Source: Thermoplasmata archaeon (GTDB lineage: Archaea > Thermoplasmatota > SW-10-69-26 > JACQPN01 > JAJPHT01). Taken from it: a stretch of DNA of 64,000 nt. The notes beneath the pieces were generated by a model, which was not told where the DNA came from, did not search any database, and was given only the letters and a program-made list of their open reading frames with translations. The DNA is taken from NCBI GenBank assembly GCA_034667685.1, contig JAXDQU010000106.1, forward strand, positions 64,001 to 128,000. The letters are read 5' to 3'. Within the stretch, counting starts at the first letter, position 1. The number at the start of each line of letters is the position of its first letter. Below, piece after piece: positions 8,252 to 17,773 of this stretch. A program made the translations under genes and the position numbers.

Positions 8252-9898
8252 TCACGTCTCCGCCGGCGTGTCGGCGCCGCTGGGCGTGATCTGCACGTTC
8301 AGCTCGGCCCACGCGGGTCCGGCGAAGTAGCGCACCTGGCGGCCGTCCTTGACGCGCTTGACGAGGCCGACGCCTTCGAGCTTCTCGACGTGCCAGCTGG
8401 CGAGCGAGGGCTGGATGCCCACGGCGGCGCACAATTCCTTCTGGCTGCTGCCGGGGTGCTCGACGATGAACTCGGCGACCTTCTTGGCCGTCTCGTTGCG
8501 CAGCGCGCCGTAGACGTCCTTCTTCTTGGTGTACTCGCCGGTGTTCACGAAGAAGCGCTTGTAGCGGCCGCTCTTCTTGGAGACGACGAGGCCGTGGCTC
8601 TCCAGGAGCTTGAGGTGGTAGACGGTCGTGCCCCAGCCGATGAGCGCCTTCTCGCCGATCTCGTGGGCGTGGATGCCGGGCGTGGCGCGGATCAGCTCGT
8701 AGATCTCGTCGCGCTTGCCGTGCTCCAGGACGTCCTGGCGCTCGATGCGGCTGTAGAGCGGGAGGAGGAGCGCGGTGGCGGCGAAGCGGAGGCGCGGCCA
8801 GAAGTAGACCAGCGCGGCGAGGAGGCCCGCGCCGCCCGCGCCGGCGGCGCCCGCGGCGACGAGCGCGGCGGTGCCGCTCTTGGCGTCGGGGTGCGCGGGC
8901 GGGATGACGCGGAGCGTGTCGCTCACGGTGAAGACGATGCGCGCGGGGTTGCCCGCCTTGGCGCTGACGAGCCCGAGCGAGATGGGGCCGGGGAGCGTGA
9001 CGTCCTGGTTGGAGTTGACGACGACGGGCTGGCCGTTGAGCGTCGTGTGGCCGCTGGCCTGCGCGAGCTGCGCGGAGCCGTGGACGTCCGCGATCGCGAT
9101 GCCATAGCCCACGAAGGGGGCGTCGGACTGCGCCGCGAGGTCGCCGCGCGTGACGTCGACCACGAGGAACGTCTCGTCGCCGCCGTTCGTCGCGAGCGTG
9201 GTGGGGAGGACGGTGTCGACGGCCTTGCCGGTGGCGGCGGACGTGCCGCGCAGGTGGACCTTGACGCCCTGGAGCAGCACGCGCATGCCCTGGTCCGCGC
9301 TGACGCTGCCGCCCCCGTTGGCGGAGAGCGAGAAGCCGTTCGCGTCGGCCTGGTAGAAGGGCTCGCCGGGTGCGCGCGCGGTGCTCGACGACCAGCCCGG
9401 CTCGTAGCCGGAGAGGTGCTGGGCCTGCGGGTTGGTGCCCAGCGAGGAGGCGGGGCCGGTCGTCGCGACGAGGCTGCCGGGCGCGCCGAAGCTCGGGCTG
9501 GGCGTCGCCTGCGTGCGGTTGTTGGTGACCGCGACCTGGTAGGCACCGGTCGCGCCCTCGACCGTCAGCGTCGCGTCGCGCAGCGTGTCGCCCTCGCTCT
9601 TGGGCGCAGCATCCGCGCAGCCCGACGGAAGGGGCGAGCCGCCGCTGCACGAGGCGGGGGAGTACGTGGTCGTGTTGTACGCGAGCTCCTGGGCGTTCAG
9701 CGTGAGCGCGAGGGGCTCGCTCCCCTTGGTCGAGACCCAGGAGACGACGCCACCGACGTAAGCCGAGTCCACCTTGCCGTTCAGGTAGATGGGGTCGTTG
9801 GCCTCGAACGTGCTTCCGCCGAAGTCGGCGGCCAGCGCGAAAGGGGCCAGGAGGGCGACGAGGGCCAAGGATGTGACCGCTGCGGCTCGCATGCTCAT
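8252..9898 (-). CDS. membrane-anchored transcriptional regulator: signal peptide, extracellular domain, TM helix, tandem winged-HTH
   Basis: LYSRI...RDEIYELIRATPGIH...GTTVYHL..LE, second wHTH PGSSQKEL...SLASWHV..L; TATA-like TTATA about 20 bp upstream. Confidence 0.85.
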   Translation of the reverse strand: MSMRAAAVTSLALVALLAPFALAADFGGSTFEANDPIYLNGKVDSAYVGGVVSWVSTKGSEPLALTLNAQELAYNTTTYSPASCSGGSPLPSGCADAAPKSEGDTLRDATLTVEGATGAYQVAVTNNRTQATPSPSFGAPGSLVATTGPASSLGTNPQAQHLSGYEPGWSSSTARAPGEPFYQADANGFSLSANGGGSVSADQGMRVLLQGVKVHLRGTSAATGKAVDTVLPTTLATNGGDETFLVVDVTRGDLAAQSDAPFVGYGIAIADVHGSAQLAQASGHTTLNGQPVVVNSNQDVTLPGPISLGLVSAKAGNPARIVFTVSDTLRVIPPAHPDAKSGTAALVAAGAAGAGGAGLLAALVYFWPRLRFAATALLLPLYSRIERQDVLEHGKRDEIYELIRATPGIHAHEIGEKALIGWGTTVYHLKLLESHGLVVSKKSGRYKRFFVNTGEYTKKKDVYGALRNETAKKVAEFIVEHPGSSQKELCAAVGIQPSLASWHVEKLEGVGLVKRVKDGRQVRYFAGPAWAELNVQITPSGADTPAET

Positions 9899-9987
9899 CC
9901 ACCCGGAACCTCGACATATAAGGGTGCTGGGCTGGCCGTTGAAACGAGATTGAAACAACGCTTCAGGCCGCGATTTGACGATTGAAA

Positions 9988-10746
9988 TCAGGCGCGGCGC
10001 GCTTTCTGGACGGCGGCGATGACCTCGCCGAGCCGGTCGAAGTGGCCGTTCTCCGCGATGGTCCCGGTGACCAGGATGTCGGCTCCGGCGGCCAGGATCG
10101 CCTCGGCCTGGGCGCCGCTCCGGATGCCGCCCCCCACCACCAGGGGGATCTTGATCGCGGCGCGGACCGCGCGCACGATCTCGACGGGGCAGGGCTCGGG
10201 CGCGCCGGAGCCGCATTCGAGGTAGACGACACGCATGCCGAACATCTCGGCCGCCAGCGCCAGGCTCGCCGCCCGCGTGGCACCCGCCGCGTCCCGCGTG
10301 ATGAGATCCGCCTGGCTGACCTGGCCGACCTTCATGCCCGGCGCGACGATGAGATAGCCCATCGGGATCGCCTCGGTGCCCAAGGCGCGCAGGAGCGGGG
10401 CGCCGCGCGCCTGCTCGCCCACGATCATGCGCGGGTCGCGCGAGTTGAGCACGCTGAGGAACCAGATCGCGTCCACGTGCGGCGACATCGCGCTCGCCGT
10501 GCTCGGGAAGAGGATCACGGGCAGGTGCGTCTTCTCCCGGACGTGCAGGACGAGCTCGTCGAGGTTCTCGCTCGACACGTCGGTGCTCCCGCCCACCATG
10601 ATCGCGTCGGTGCCGGCCTCCGCCGCCAGCGTGGCGATGCGCTCGCCCGCCTTCCCGCTGGAGGTCGCCGGATCGAGCAGCGTCATGTGGACCGGGCCGC
10701 CGCGCAGGCGCTCCTCCACGTGGGCCCACACCCTCGCGCGCGTCAC
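9988..10746 (-). CDS. geranylgeranylglyceryl phosphate synthase
   Basis: HMTLLDP, DAIMVGGS, PVILFP, SVLNS, YLECGSG and VGGGIR motifs. Confidence 0.93.
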   Translation of the reverse strand: MTRARVWAHVEERLRGGPVHMTLLDPATSSGKAGERIATLAAEAGTDAIMVGGSTDVSSENLDELVLHVREKTHLPVILFPSTASAMSPHVDAIWFLSVLNSRDPRMIVGEQARGAPLLRALGTEAIPMGYLIVAPGMKVGQVSQADLITRDAAGATRAASLALAAEMFGMRVVYLECGSGAPEPCPVEIVRAVRAAIKIPLVVGGGIRSGAQAEAILAAGADILVTGTIAENGHFDRLGEVIAAVQKARRA

Positions 10747-11579
10747 CAACCCGCCACCACCTGCGCCCGCCCCGCCACGAGGGCCGCGAGCGCCAGCACC
10801 ATCCCGGCCTTCACGAGGCGCTGGGCCCGGTCCGGACGCGAGAAGCCCGTCGCCACCGCCGCCAAGAAAGCAGCATCGGCCAAGGCGACCGCGGGAACAT
10901 AGGCCCACCCTAAAACGTTTCCCCGCCACCACGGCCACGGCGAGAGCAGCACGGTGGCCACCAGGAACGCGCCCGCCACGAGCGCCGCGCCGCGCGCCCC
11001 GACGCGCATCGGCAACGTCCGCCGCGCGCCGCGATCCGCCTCGACGTCCTCCACGTCCTTGAGCACCTCGCGCCCCACCGTCGCCAACGCCGCGAGCGCC
11101 GCGACCACGAGGACGGGCCACGCGAGCCCGCCCGCCGCCAGGCCACCCACGAGGAACGGCGCGGCCGTCAACGCGCCGATGGCGAGGTTGCCCACGAGGC
11201 CCTGCGCCTTCAGCGCGCGCTCGTACCCTTCCATCAGCGGAAGCGCGACCAGCACGAGCAGGCCCACCCACGGCGCGATCAGGAAGCCCGCCGCGAGCGC
11301 GACCGCGTAGAGGGCGAGGGCCGCGACGTTCGCCGCGCGCGCCGAGACGAGCCCTCGGGGAAGCGGCCGCGACGGATGCGCCACGCGATCGACCTCGACG
11401 TCGAGCACGTCGTTGCGCAGGTTGCCCGCCGCCGCGAACGCGACCGACGCCAGGATCGCGAGCCCGACGCGCCACGCGGGAAGGAGCGCCGCGCCCGCCA
11501 GCAGCGAGCCGGCCCACGCCCCCGCGCCCGCGACGAGCACGTTGGCGGGGCGCGTCATGCGGACCAGCGGCGCGAGCAC
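10743..11579 (-). CDS. digeranylgeranylglyceryl phosphate synthase (UbiA family)
   Basis: RMTRPAN, NDVLDVEVDRVAHPSRPLPRG, REVLKDVEDVEAD; coupled to GGGPS. Start uncertain. Confidence 0.88.
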   Translation of the reverse strand: MLAPLVRMTRPANVLVAGAGAWAGSLLAGAALLPAWRVGLAILASVAFAAAGNLRNDVLDVEVDRVAHPSRPLPRGLVSARAANVAALALYAVALAAGFLIAPWVGLLVLVALPLMEGYERALKAQGLVGNLAIGALTAAPFLVGGLAAGGLAWPVLVVAALAALATVGREVLKDVEDVEADRGARRTLPMRVGARGAALVAGAFLVATVLLSPWPWWRGNVLGWAYVPAVALADAAFLAAVATGFSRPDRAQRLVKAGMVLALAALVAGRAQVVAGW

Positions 11580-11926
11580 GGGCGGCGAAGGCGCAGCGAG
11601 CGGATGAAGGCAGGGCAGGTGACCGGAGACGCCAGGAAGGCCCAAGCCTGAGCGACGACGACCGACGCCTTCAGCGAGGAAACCCCGCGGCTTGACGAAG
11701 GTCGATCGGCCCGCGAGCAGGGCGGGCGCCCGCGTCAAGGCCCTCCGCCCGGCGGGCCGCAGGGCGTGCACGGAGCGCGCGCGCTCGTGCCGGAGGCGGG
11801 TGGGGGCACGCGACCGCACAGCAGGCCGTCCACGCGTGGCGCGGTCCGGCCTGATCGTCACGGGCGCGGCCAACAGAAGCGCACGCAAGCCCGGCTGCCG
11901 CCCTTGCTCCGCCGAGCGACCCTGTG

Positions 11927-11944
11927 ATGTTAGGACCCTAACAT
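11927..11944. promoter_or_regulatory. palindrome ATGTTAGG-AC-CCTAACAT, candidate TrmB operator
   Basis: Perfect 8-bp arms, AT-rich, about 45 bp upstream of the first trmB-like gene. Confidence 0.5.
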
Positions 11945-11988
11945 GGTTGGGCTGACACAGATGGCCTCCCAGGGTGCCGGCTTGTAAC

Positions 11989-12762
11989 ATGACGGAGGCG
12001 ACGCTGCGGGCCGCGTTGGCCGTTCTGGGAATGGATGCCCGCGGCGCGAGCATCTACGAGCACCTCGGCGCGACGGGCTCCCAGGATGCCGCGAGCGTCG
12101 CGCTGGGCGTCGGCATCAGCAAGGGCCAAGCCTATCGCGCCCTCGATCAGCTCGTCCGCCGGGGGCAGGTCGCGGTGGAGGCGGCCGAGCCCGCGCGTTA
12201 TCGCGCGATCGACCTGACCCAGCAGGTGACGCTCGCTGCCGTGGACGAGGACTCCCGCGCGGCGGCATTGGCGGTCGCGCGGGTGGACTTCCGTGCCTTC
12301 ATCTCGACCGCGCAGGCGCCGCGCGCCCACGCGGCCGAGTGGAGGTTTCGGCCCGTCACGGGCCGGCACGCCTTCTACGTCGCCGCCCGGCGCCTCATCC
12401 TCAAAGCGAGGATCAGCGTCCTCGTCTCCCATGCGCGAGGCAGGCCGGGCCCTGACGACCGCGCGCGGAAGCTTCTCGATGCGGCCGCGGAGCAAAGGCG
12501 GAAGGAAGGCGTTCGCGTGAGCATCCTCACGCGGCCCTCCCCGACCGAGCTCGCGGGGAGTAACGCCAACGCGGTCCCAACCTTCTTCATCATCGACGCC
12601 CACGAGTGCTTGTTCCTCTCGCCCGCCGCGAACGCCGGCACGCGCGCGACGTGGACGAATGCGCTTCCCCTCGTCGCCATCGCCAAGATGCTCCACGACG
12701 AGCTACGGCAGGACGCGAGATCGCCAACGGCCGGTTCACAAGATGTTACGAGGAATCGCTAA
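11989..12762 (+). CDS. TrmB-family transcriptional regulator
   Basis: LGM...ASIYEHL...AASVA...ISKGQAYRALDQLVRRG.V...PARYRAI wHTH followed by a degenerate PLD-like effector domain (FFIIDAHECL). Confidence 0.85.
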   Translation: MTEATLRAALAVLGMDARGASIYEHLGATGSQDAASVALGVGISKGQAYRALDQLVRRGQVAVEAAEPARYRAIDLTQQVTLAAVDEDSRAAALAVARVDFRAFISTAQAPRAHAAEWRFRPVTGRHAFYVAARRLILKARISVLVSHARGRPGPDDRARKLLDAAAEQRRKEGVRVSILTRPSPTELAGSNANAVPTFFIIDAHECLFLSPAANAGTRATWTNALPLVAIAKMLHDELRQDARSPTAGSQDVTRNR

Positions 12763-12795
12763 GCCCCTGGCGACCATGCGCCTGCCGATGCGCTG

Positions 12796-13617
12796 TTGGT
12801 AGGTAACGCGCGCCCGAACGACGGTAACAACCGGAACGACCCCTCGGGGACGACGGGCGGACCCGGCGCGGCACGCGCGCTCGAAGCGCTTGGGCTCGAT
12901 CGTCGAAGCAGCGCCGTCTACGCGCATCTCTGCATCCACGGCGTCAGCAAGGCGGGCCCGATCGCGAGCGCCACGCGGCTTGGCCGCGGCGGCGTCTATC
13001 GCGCGCTGGAGGAGCTCACGAGGCGCGGTTTCGTCACCACAAGGCCGACGAGACCCAAGACGTACGAGGCCGTCGATCCGGAATCGATGTTCGCGCGCGC
13101 GATCGAGGAGAGCCAAGCGCGCAAGGCGACGATCATGGCGGCGGCCCCGGTCCTGGCCGCCTGGTGGGCGCAGGCTGCCGCTTCACGCGCATCCGACCAC
13201 GACGCGTTCCGTCTGGTCACGGGCGAGGCGAACGTCGACGCGACCGCGCGGAGGATGGCCCAGCGGGCGGAGCGCGTCCTCCGCATCTTCGACAAGAGGA
13301 CCCCGTCCGAGCGCGAGCCGGGCGCGCTGCGGGCCGATCGCATCCGCGACGCCGGGCCCCAGGCCGTCGAGCTCGACCTTGTGGACCACGCAGCGTCGGC
13401 CGCCCGCGAGGATCCCACGTCGCGGGGCGCCCACGATCCAGGCGCGCCCGCGTCATCCTGGTTCCTCGTCGCCGACGACAAGGAGGCCTTGTTCCTCGAA
13501 GACGCAGGATCGGCGCACGGCCCGATGCGGGCGACGTGGACGAACTCGCCCACGCTGGTGGCCATGGCCTCAGCCCTGCACGCGTCGCTTCGCGCCAAGA
13601 CCCGCCGACGCGCGTGA
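12796..13617 (+). CDS. TrmB-family transcriptional regulator (tandem paralog)
   Basis: LEALGLD..SAVYAHL...GVYRALEELTRRGFV...PKTYEAVDP; shares FLVADDKE and ATWTN motifs with its neighbour. Start uncertain (TTG). Confidence 0.83.
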   Translation: MVGNARPNDGNNRNDPSGTTGGPGAARALEALGLDRRSSAVYAHLCIHGVSKAGPIASATRLGRGGVYRALEELTRRGFVTTRPTRPKTYEAVDPESMFARAIEESQARKATIMAAAPVLAAWWAQAAASRASDHDAFRLVTGEANVDATARRMAQRAERVLRIFDKRTPSEREPGALRADRIRDAGPQAVELDLVDHAASAAREDPTSRGAHDPGAPASSWFLVADDKEALFLEDAGSAHGPMRATWTNSPTLVAMASALHASLRAKTRRRA

Positions 13618-13633
13618 GCCGCAGGGGCCGGGG

Positions 13634-14515
13634 TCAGAGGCGGCGCGTCAACACGAAGACGAAGATCGCCGTCCAAGCGAGGAAGAACACCCAGCCCGCG
13701 TTTTGGTGGAACACCTCGAGCGCGTGGATGCCCCAGCGCGCGCCGACGAGCGAGATGCTCACGAGACGCAGCACGTTGACGACGTAGACGCCCGCAAGCC
13801 CGACCACGCACCAGACGAGCCCCTTCCAGAAGGGCGGGCGCTCGACGGCGAGCAAGACCCCGACGAGGCCCGCGAAGAGCGCCATCGCCTGGACGCCCGA
13901 GCACGCGACGCCGACCTCCAGGGCGATCGGACCGCGCGGCGTCCCGTAGGTGATCACGCTGCCCTGGAGGCTGGGCGCATGGCCCAAGATCGATAGCACG
14001 CCGGCCAGGGGCAGGAGGAGGGCGTAGTGCGTGAAGGATTCCAAGGGCGTCGTGCCCCAGGCGGTCTTCATCGCGCCTTGGGCGGCCCACACGACGAGCG
14101 GCCCCCAAGCCAGCGGGATGGACCACAGGATCCAGGACGCCACGGGCGCCGCGCCGAGGATGCGACGGTCGCCCAGGCAGGTGGCGAGCGCGGTGCCCAA
14201 CCCGAGCCCGATGATGACGAGCTTGGGCGCGTCGAGCGGAGACGCCTTCCAGACGTCGTACGCGAGAACGCCCAGCGCGATGCCGGCCCCGAGCGCCGCG
14301 ACGAGCGCTTTCGCCGGCAGCCGTTCGAGGCGCGGCATGTTCGCGCGCCAGAGAAGAAGGACCCCGCCGAGGGCCAGGATGCTCCCGACGAGGAAGGATT
14401 CGTGGGGAACGACGCGCGTGACGATGAGGAGCCCCTGGCCGAGCGTCGCAAGCCCGATGACCGCGCGTGCGCGCGAGGCCAGGAGCGTCTTCATCATCCC
14501 TTGGTCATGGCTCAT
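13634..14515 (-). CDS. archaeosortase/exosortase family transpeptidase
   Basis: Multi-TM protein with the catalytic triad motifs [13 protein letters not shown] and FHQNAG; SD AGGAGG upstream. Confidence 0.92.
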   Translation of the reverse strand: MSHDQGMMKTLLASRARAVIGLATLGQGLLIVTRVVPHESFLVGSILALGGVLLLWRANMPRLERLPAKALVAALGAGIALGVLAYDVWKASPLDAPKLVIIGLGLGTALATCLGDRRILGAAPVASWILWSIPLAWGPLVVWAAQGAMKTAWGTTPLESFTHYALLLPLAGVLSILGHAPSLQGSVITYGTPRGPIALEVGVACSGVQAMALFAGLVGVLLAVERPPFWKGLVWCVVGLAGVYVVNVLRLVSISLVGARWGIHALEVFHQNAGWVFFLAWTAIFVFVLTRRL

Positions 14516-14537
14516 CGTCGTTCCCCTCCTGCCTAAC

Positions 14538-16421
14538 TCACCCTTGCCGCTTCTTGCGCCAGACGACGACGCCGACCACCGCGATGGCGCCCAGGACGCC
14601 GATCGCGAGCGACGCGACGCTGGGGAAGAACGGCACTTGCGCCGTGGGCGGCGTAGACGTGCAGTTGTGCGTGCACGATCCCGGCGGGCCCTGCGGACCC
14701 GTCGGGCCCCTTTCGCCACGCGGACCCTGCGGCCCAGCGGGCCCGGTCGCGCCCGGCGGCCCGGGGGGACCCGCGGGGCCCGGCGGACCGGCAGGACCGA
14801 CCGCGCCATCTTGGCCGTTCGTGCCGTTCGTTCCGTTGACGCCGTTCTCGCCGGCAGGGCCAGGCGGACCGGCGGGGCCCATCGGACCCTGGGGGCCGGG
14901 CTGGCCGTCCGGGCCCGTGGAACCCTGGGGGCCGGGCGGGCCGGCGGGTCCAGGCGGACCCGCGGGGCCAGCAGGGCCGGCGGGACCGGCGGCGCCATCC
15001 GCGCCGTTCGTGCCGTTCATGCCGGCGGGTCCTGGGGGACCCGGAGGCCCGGCGGGACCGGTCTCACCCGGAGCGCCATTCGTACCGTTCGTGCCGGGCG
15101 GGCCAGCGGGGCCAGCAGGTCCAGCCGGGCCAGCGGGACCAGCAGGGCCGGTGGGTCCAGCAGGGCCGGTTTCACCAGGGGCACCGTTCGTGCCGTTTGT
15201 GCCCGCAGGACCAGCAGGACCAGCAGGACCAGCAGGACCAGCGGGTCCAGCCGGGCCAGCGGGACCAGTTTCACCAGGAGCGCCGTTCGTGCCATTCGTC
15301 CCGTTGGTGCCCGCGGGACCGGGGGGGCCGGCGGGTCCCGCAGGACCGGCCGGGCCTGCCGGGCCCGTGGCGCCGTCAGCTCCGTTCGTGCCGTTCGTGC
15401 CCGCCGGACCGGCCGGTCCCGGCGGACCTGCGGGACCCATGGGGCCCGTGGCGCCGTCGGTACCGTTGGTGCCGTTCGCGCCGGCGGGACCGGCCGGCCC
15501 GGGAGGACCTGCCGGGCCTTCGGGGCCCATCGGGCCCGTCGCGCCGTCCGTGCCGTTGGTCCCGTTGGTGCCTGCGGGGCCAGGCGGACCCATGGGACCC
15601 GCAGGGCCCGCAGGACCGGCCGGCCCGGGCGGGCCCTGCATGCATGAGCACGGGCAGTTGCATCCCTGGGGGAGGCTGACCGTGTTCGTGTCGAGCGTGA
15701 CCGCGCCCGTGCGCGCGAGGAGCCGTCCGTCGACGGTCGCGCCCGTGGTGGCCGTGATGCTGTCCTGGGCCATGACCGTGCCCACCATCGTGGAGGTCGT
15801 TCCCAGCGTGGCGGAGGACCCGACCTGCCAGAACACGTTGCACGCCGTGGCGTTCCCCACGAGCTGGACGACGCTCGCGCTCGCGGTCGTCAAGGCCGAG
15901 CCGACCTGGAAGATGAAGACGGCGTTGGGATCGCCGCCGCCATCGAGCGTGAGCGTGCCCGTGATGCCCAACGACGAGTTCGCCGTGTAGACGCCCGGCG
16001 TGAGCGTCTGGCCGCCGATGTCGCCCGAGACGTAGAAGTCCGTGGGCTGCGCGGCCGCGTCGAGGTACGCGTGCGTGAGGTCGGCTTGAGCTTGCGCGGC
16101 GACCGCGTCGCCGGCGAAGATCTTGCCGTTGACCACGACGCCGGGGCCGGCATCCACGGATTGGAATCCAGTGACGGCGGTGCCCGGACTCACGCCGAGG
16201 TTGCCGCTGACCACCGTGGGTCCCGTGTTCGTGACCGTGGATCCCCCGAGCACGGCGAAGGTGCGCGCGGTCCCGAGGTCCGGGGCCGTGCCGGAGGCTT
16301 GCGCGCCCGGCGAGGCCAGCACGAGAACGACCATGATGGTCGCGACCAACGCGAGGTTGAACGCGGCCCGCGTCCTGGCCGCGCGGTCTCCTGCTTCGCT
16401 TGATGCGTTCCTTGATATCAA
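14538..16421 (-). CDS. ice-binding (DUF3494) domain + collagen-like stalk + C-terminal sorting signal
   Basis: Signal peptide; [37 protein letters not shown] (DUF3494); 106 Gly-X-Y triplets; VPFFP-TM-RKKR tail. TTG start uncertain. Confidence 0.92.
   Translation of the reverse strand: MISRNASSEAGDRAARTRAAFNLALVATIMVVLVLASPGAQASGTAPDLGTARTFAVLGGSTVTNTGPTVVSGNLGVSPGTAVTGFQSVDAGPGVVVNGKIFAGDAVAAQAQADLTHAYLDAAAQPTDFYVSGDIGGQTLTPGVYTANSSLGITGTLTLDGGGDPNAVFIFQVGSALTTASASVVQLVGNATACNVFWQVGSSATLGTTSTMVGTVMAQDSITATTGATVDGRLLARTGAVTLDTNTVSLPQGCNCPCSCMQGPPGPAGPAGPAGPMGPPGPAGTNGTNGTDGATGPMGPEGPAGPPGPAGPAGANGTNGTDGATGPMGPAGPPGPAGPAGTNGTNGADGATGPAGPAGPAGPAGPPGPAGTNGTNGTNGAPGETGPAGPAGPAGPAGPAGPAGPAGTNGTNGAPGETGPAGPTGPAGPAGPAGPAGPAGPPGTNGTNGAPGETGPAGPPGPPGPAGMNGTNGADGAAGPAGPAGPAGPPGPAGPPGPQGSTGPDGQPGPQGPMGPAGPPGPAGENGVNGTNGTNGQDGAVGPAGPPGPAGPPGPPGATGPAGPQGPRGERGPTGPQGPPGSCTHNCTSTPPTAQVPFFPSVASLAIGVLGAIAVVGVVVWRKKRQG
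14682..15635 (-). repeat. collagen Gly-X-Y coding repeat with 8 GxN-GTN modules
   Basis: Uninterrupted triplet periodicity in the translation. Confidence 0.95.
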
Positions 16422-16593
16422 ATGTCTCGACGTCCTGGGGCCCGAGGCCCACGGTCGCGCCCTCGTCCAGCGCCGAAGGAGCGTTGTGGGACACGAAACG
16501 CACCGCGATTCTGTCCGGGCCGGACGAAATCAGGGAAGAGCATCCGCAGGCGTCAAGCACAAAGCCTCACGCGGGAACCCTCCCCGGATTCTC

Positions 16594-16836
16594 ATGAAGA
16601 ACGTCGAGGAAGCCCGGCGCGTGTCCGCGAGCGTCGGCGCCAGCATGGGGCCGATCGTGCCGTTGACCGCAGCCGTAAGCGATCTGCGTCTGCACGTCGC
16701 GCGCGTTTGGGAAGGATTCTCCAAGGAAACCGAGGAAGGCGTCCGTCGGCAGGCCCACGTTCACCTCACGCAGCTGGACGCCGCAAGCTCGGATCTCGAA
16801 AGGCTCCTCGCGCTCATGGAGCCCAAGAAGAGGTGA
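16594..16836 (+). CDS. small helical-hairpin hypothetical protein (possibly degenerate HisKA-like)
   Basis: MKNVEEARR...PLTAAVSDL...LTQLDAASSDLERLL; converges on the response regulator gene. Confidence 0.5.
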   Translation: MKNVEEARRVSASVGASMGPIVPLTAAVSDLRLHVARVWEGFSKETEEGVRRQAHVHLTQLDAASSDLERLLALMEPKKR

Positions 16837-16849
16837 CCCGGGGCGCCGC

Positions 16850-16881
16850 CGGCGTCGAAGCGCAACGCGCCTTCGACGCCG
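16850..16881. terminator. hairpin between convergent genes
   Basis: CGGCGTCGAAG-N10-CTTCGACGCCG, 11-bp stem. Confidence 0.5.
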
Positions 16882-16895
16882 CGCTTGGGAGCAGC

Positions 16896-17711
16896 TCAGC
16901 CCGAGTCCTTCACCAGGCTCGTGATCTCGCGCGCGGCGACGTCCACCTCGCGCAGGTCCTCGCGCGCGTGGGCCTCGCGGTCGAACACGACCACGAGCGA
17001 GCCCACGTCCGGGACGCGGCGGTAGACGAGCGAGCCGCCCTTGTAGCGGACGACGCCGGTCTCCTGCTCTTCGAGGGCGAGGTTGCCGCCCACCATGTCG
17101 AGGTTGCGCAGGACGCTGCCGGTGACCATGGCGGCGAGCGGGTCGATGTCGCGGCCGCCTTCGGCGCGCTTGCTCACGGCGAGGGGGAGGCCGTCGGTGC
17201 TCGTGAGGAACGTGCCGCGCGCCTCGGGGAGCGACTCGCGCAGCGTGCCCAGGACGTCCTCCATGCTGTGGCGCAGGTTGGGGCGCGAGCGGATGCGCTC
17301 CTCGATCTCCTTGGCGCGGCGCTGGGCGTTGCTCTGGCCGTAGAGGCGTTCGAGCGTGCGGGGGATCTCCTCGCGGAAGTGGGGCGCGTCCTTGTTGACG
17401 TAGCCGATGGCGCCGACCTGGAGGCCGCGGGCGGCGACGTACTCGCTGCCGAAGCCGCTGACGATGACGACGGGCGTGCCGGGGGCCTTCTCGACGAGCT
17501 GGAGGAGGACCTCGAGGCCCGTCATGTCGGGGAGCGCGTAGTCGAGGAGGATGATATCATAGGTGGCGTCGGCGAGCTTCTGGAGCCCCTGCTGGCCGGT
17601 GGTGGCCCAGGTGATCTCGACGCCCGGCTCGTCGCGGAACGCGCGCTTCACGATGTAAGCGTCCGTCTCGGAGTCTTCGATGTGGAGGATGCGCCGGAAC
17701 GAGGACGGCAC
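16896..17711 (-). CDS. response regulator receiver domain fused to a Roadblock/LC7 (MglB-like) domain
   Basis: ILHIEDS, DIILLDYALPDMTG, IVSG, YVNK (REC). LPEARGTFLTSTDGLPLA...LAAM...GSLVVV (Roadblock). Confidence 0.85.
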   Translation of the reverse strand: MPSSFRRILHIEDSETDAYIVKRAFRDEPGVEITWATTGQQGLQKLADATYDIILLDYALPDMTGLEVLLQLVEKAPGTPVVIVSGFGSEYVAARGLQVGAIGYVNKDAPHFREEIPRTLERLYGQSNAQRRAKEIEERIRSRPNLRHSMEDVLGTLRESLPEARGTFLTSTDGLPLAVSKRAEGGRDIDPLAAMVTGSVLRNLDMVGGNLALEEQETGVVRYKGGSLVYRRVPDVGSLVVVFDREAHAREDLREVDVAAREITSLVKDSG

Positions 17712-17773
17712 GAGGATCGAACGTTCACGGGCCCCGGAGACAGAGACGGTTTCTGGTACAAGTCCCGAAGGGC

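Noticed and set aside
9938-9990. ATTGAAAC resembling a CRISPR repeat 3' end
   Set aside because: Only 7-8 bp units with no full repeat-spacer array and no cas genes in the window.
14676-15635. Highly repetitive DNA as a possible CRISPR or satellite, and long ORFs on the opposite strand
   Set aside because: Fully explained by Gly-X-Y coding on the minus strand.
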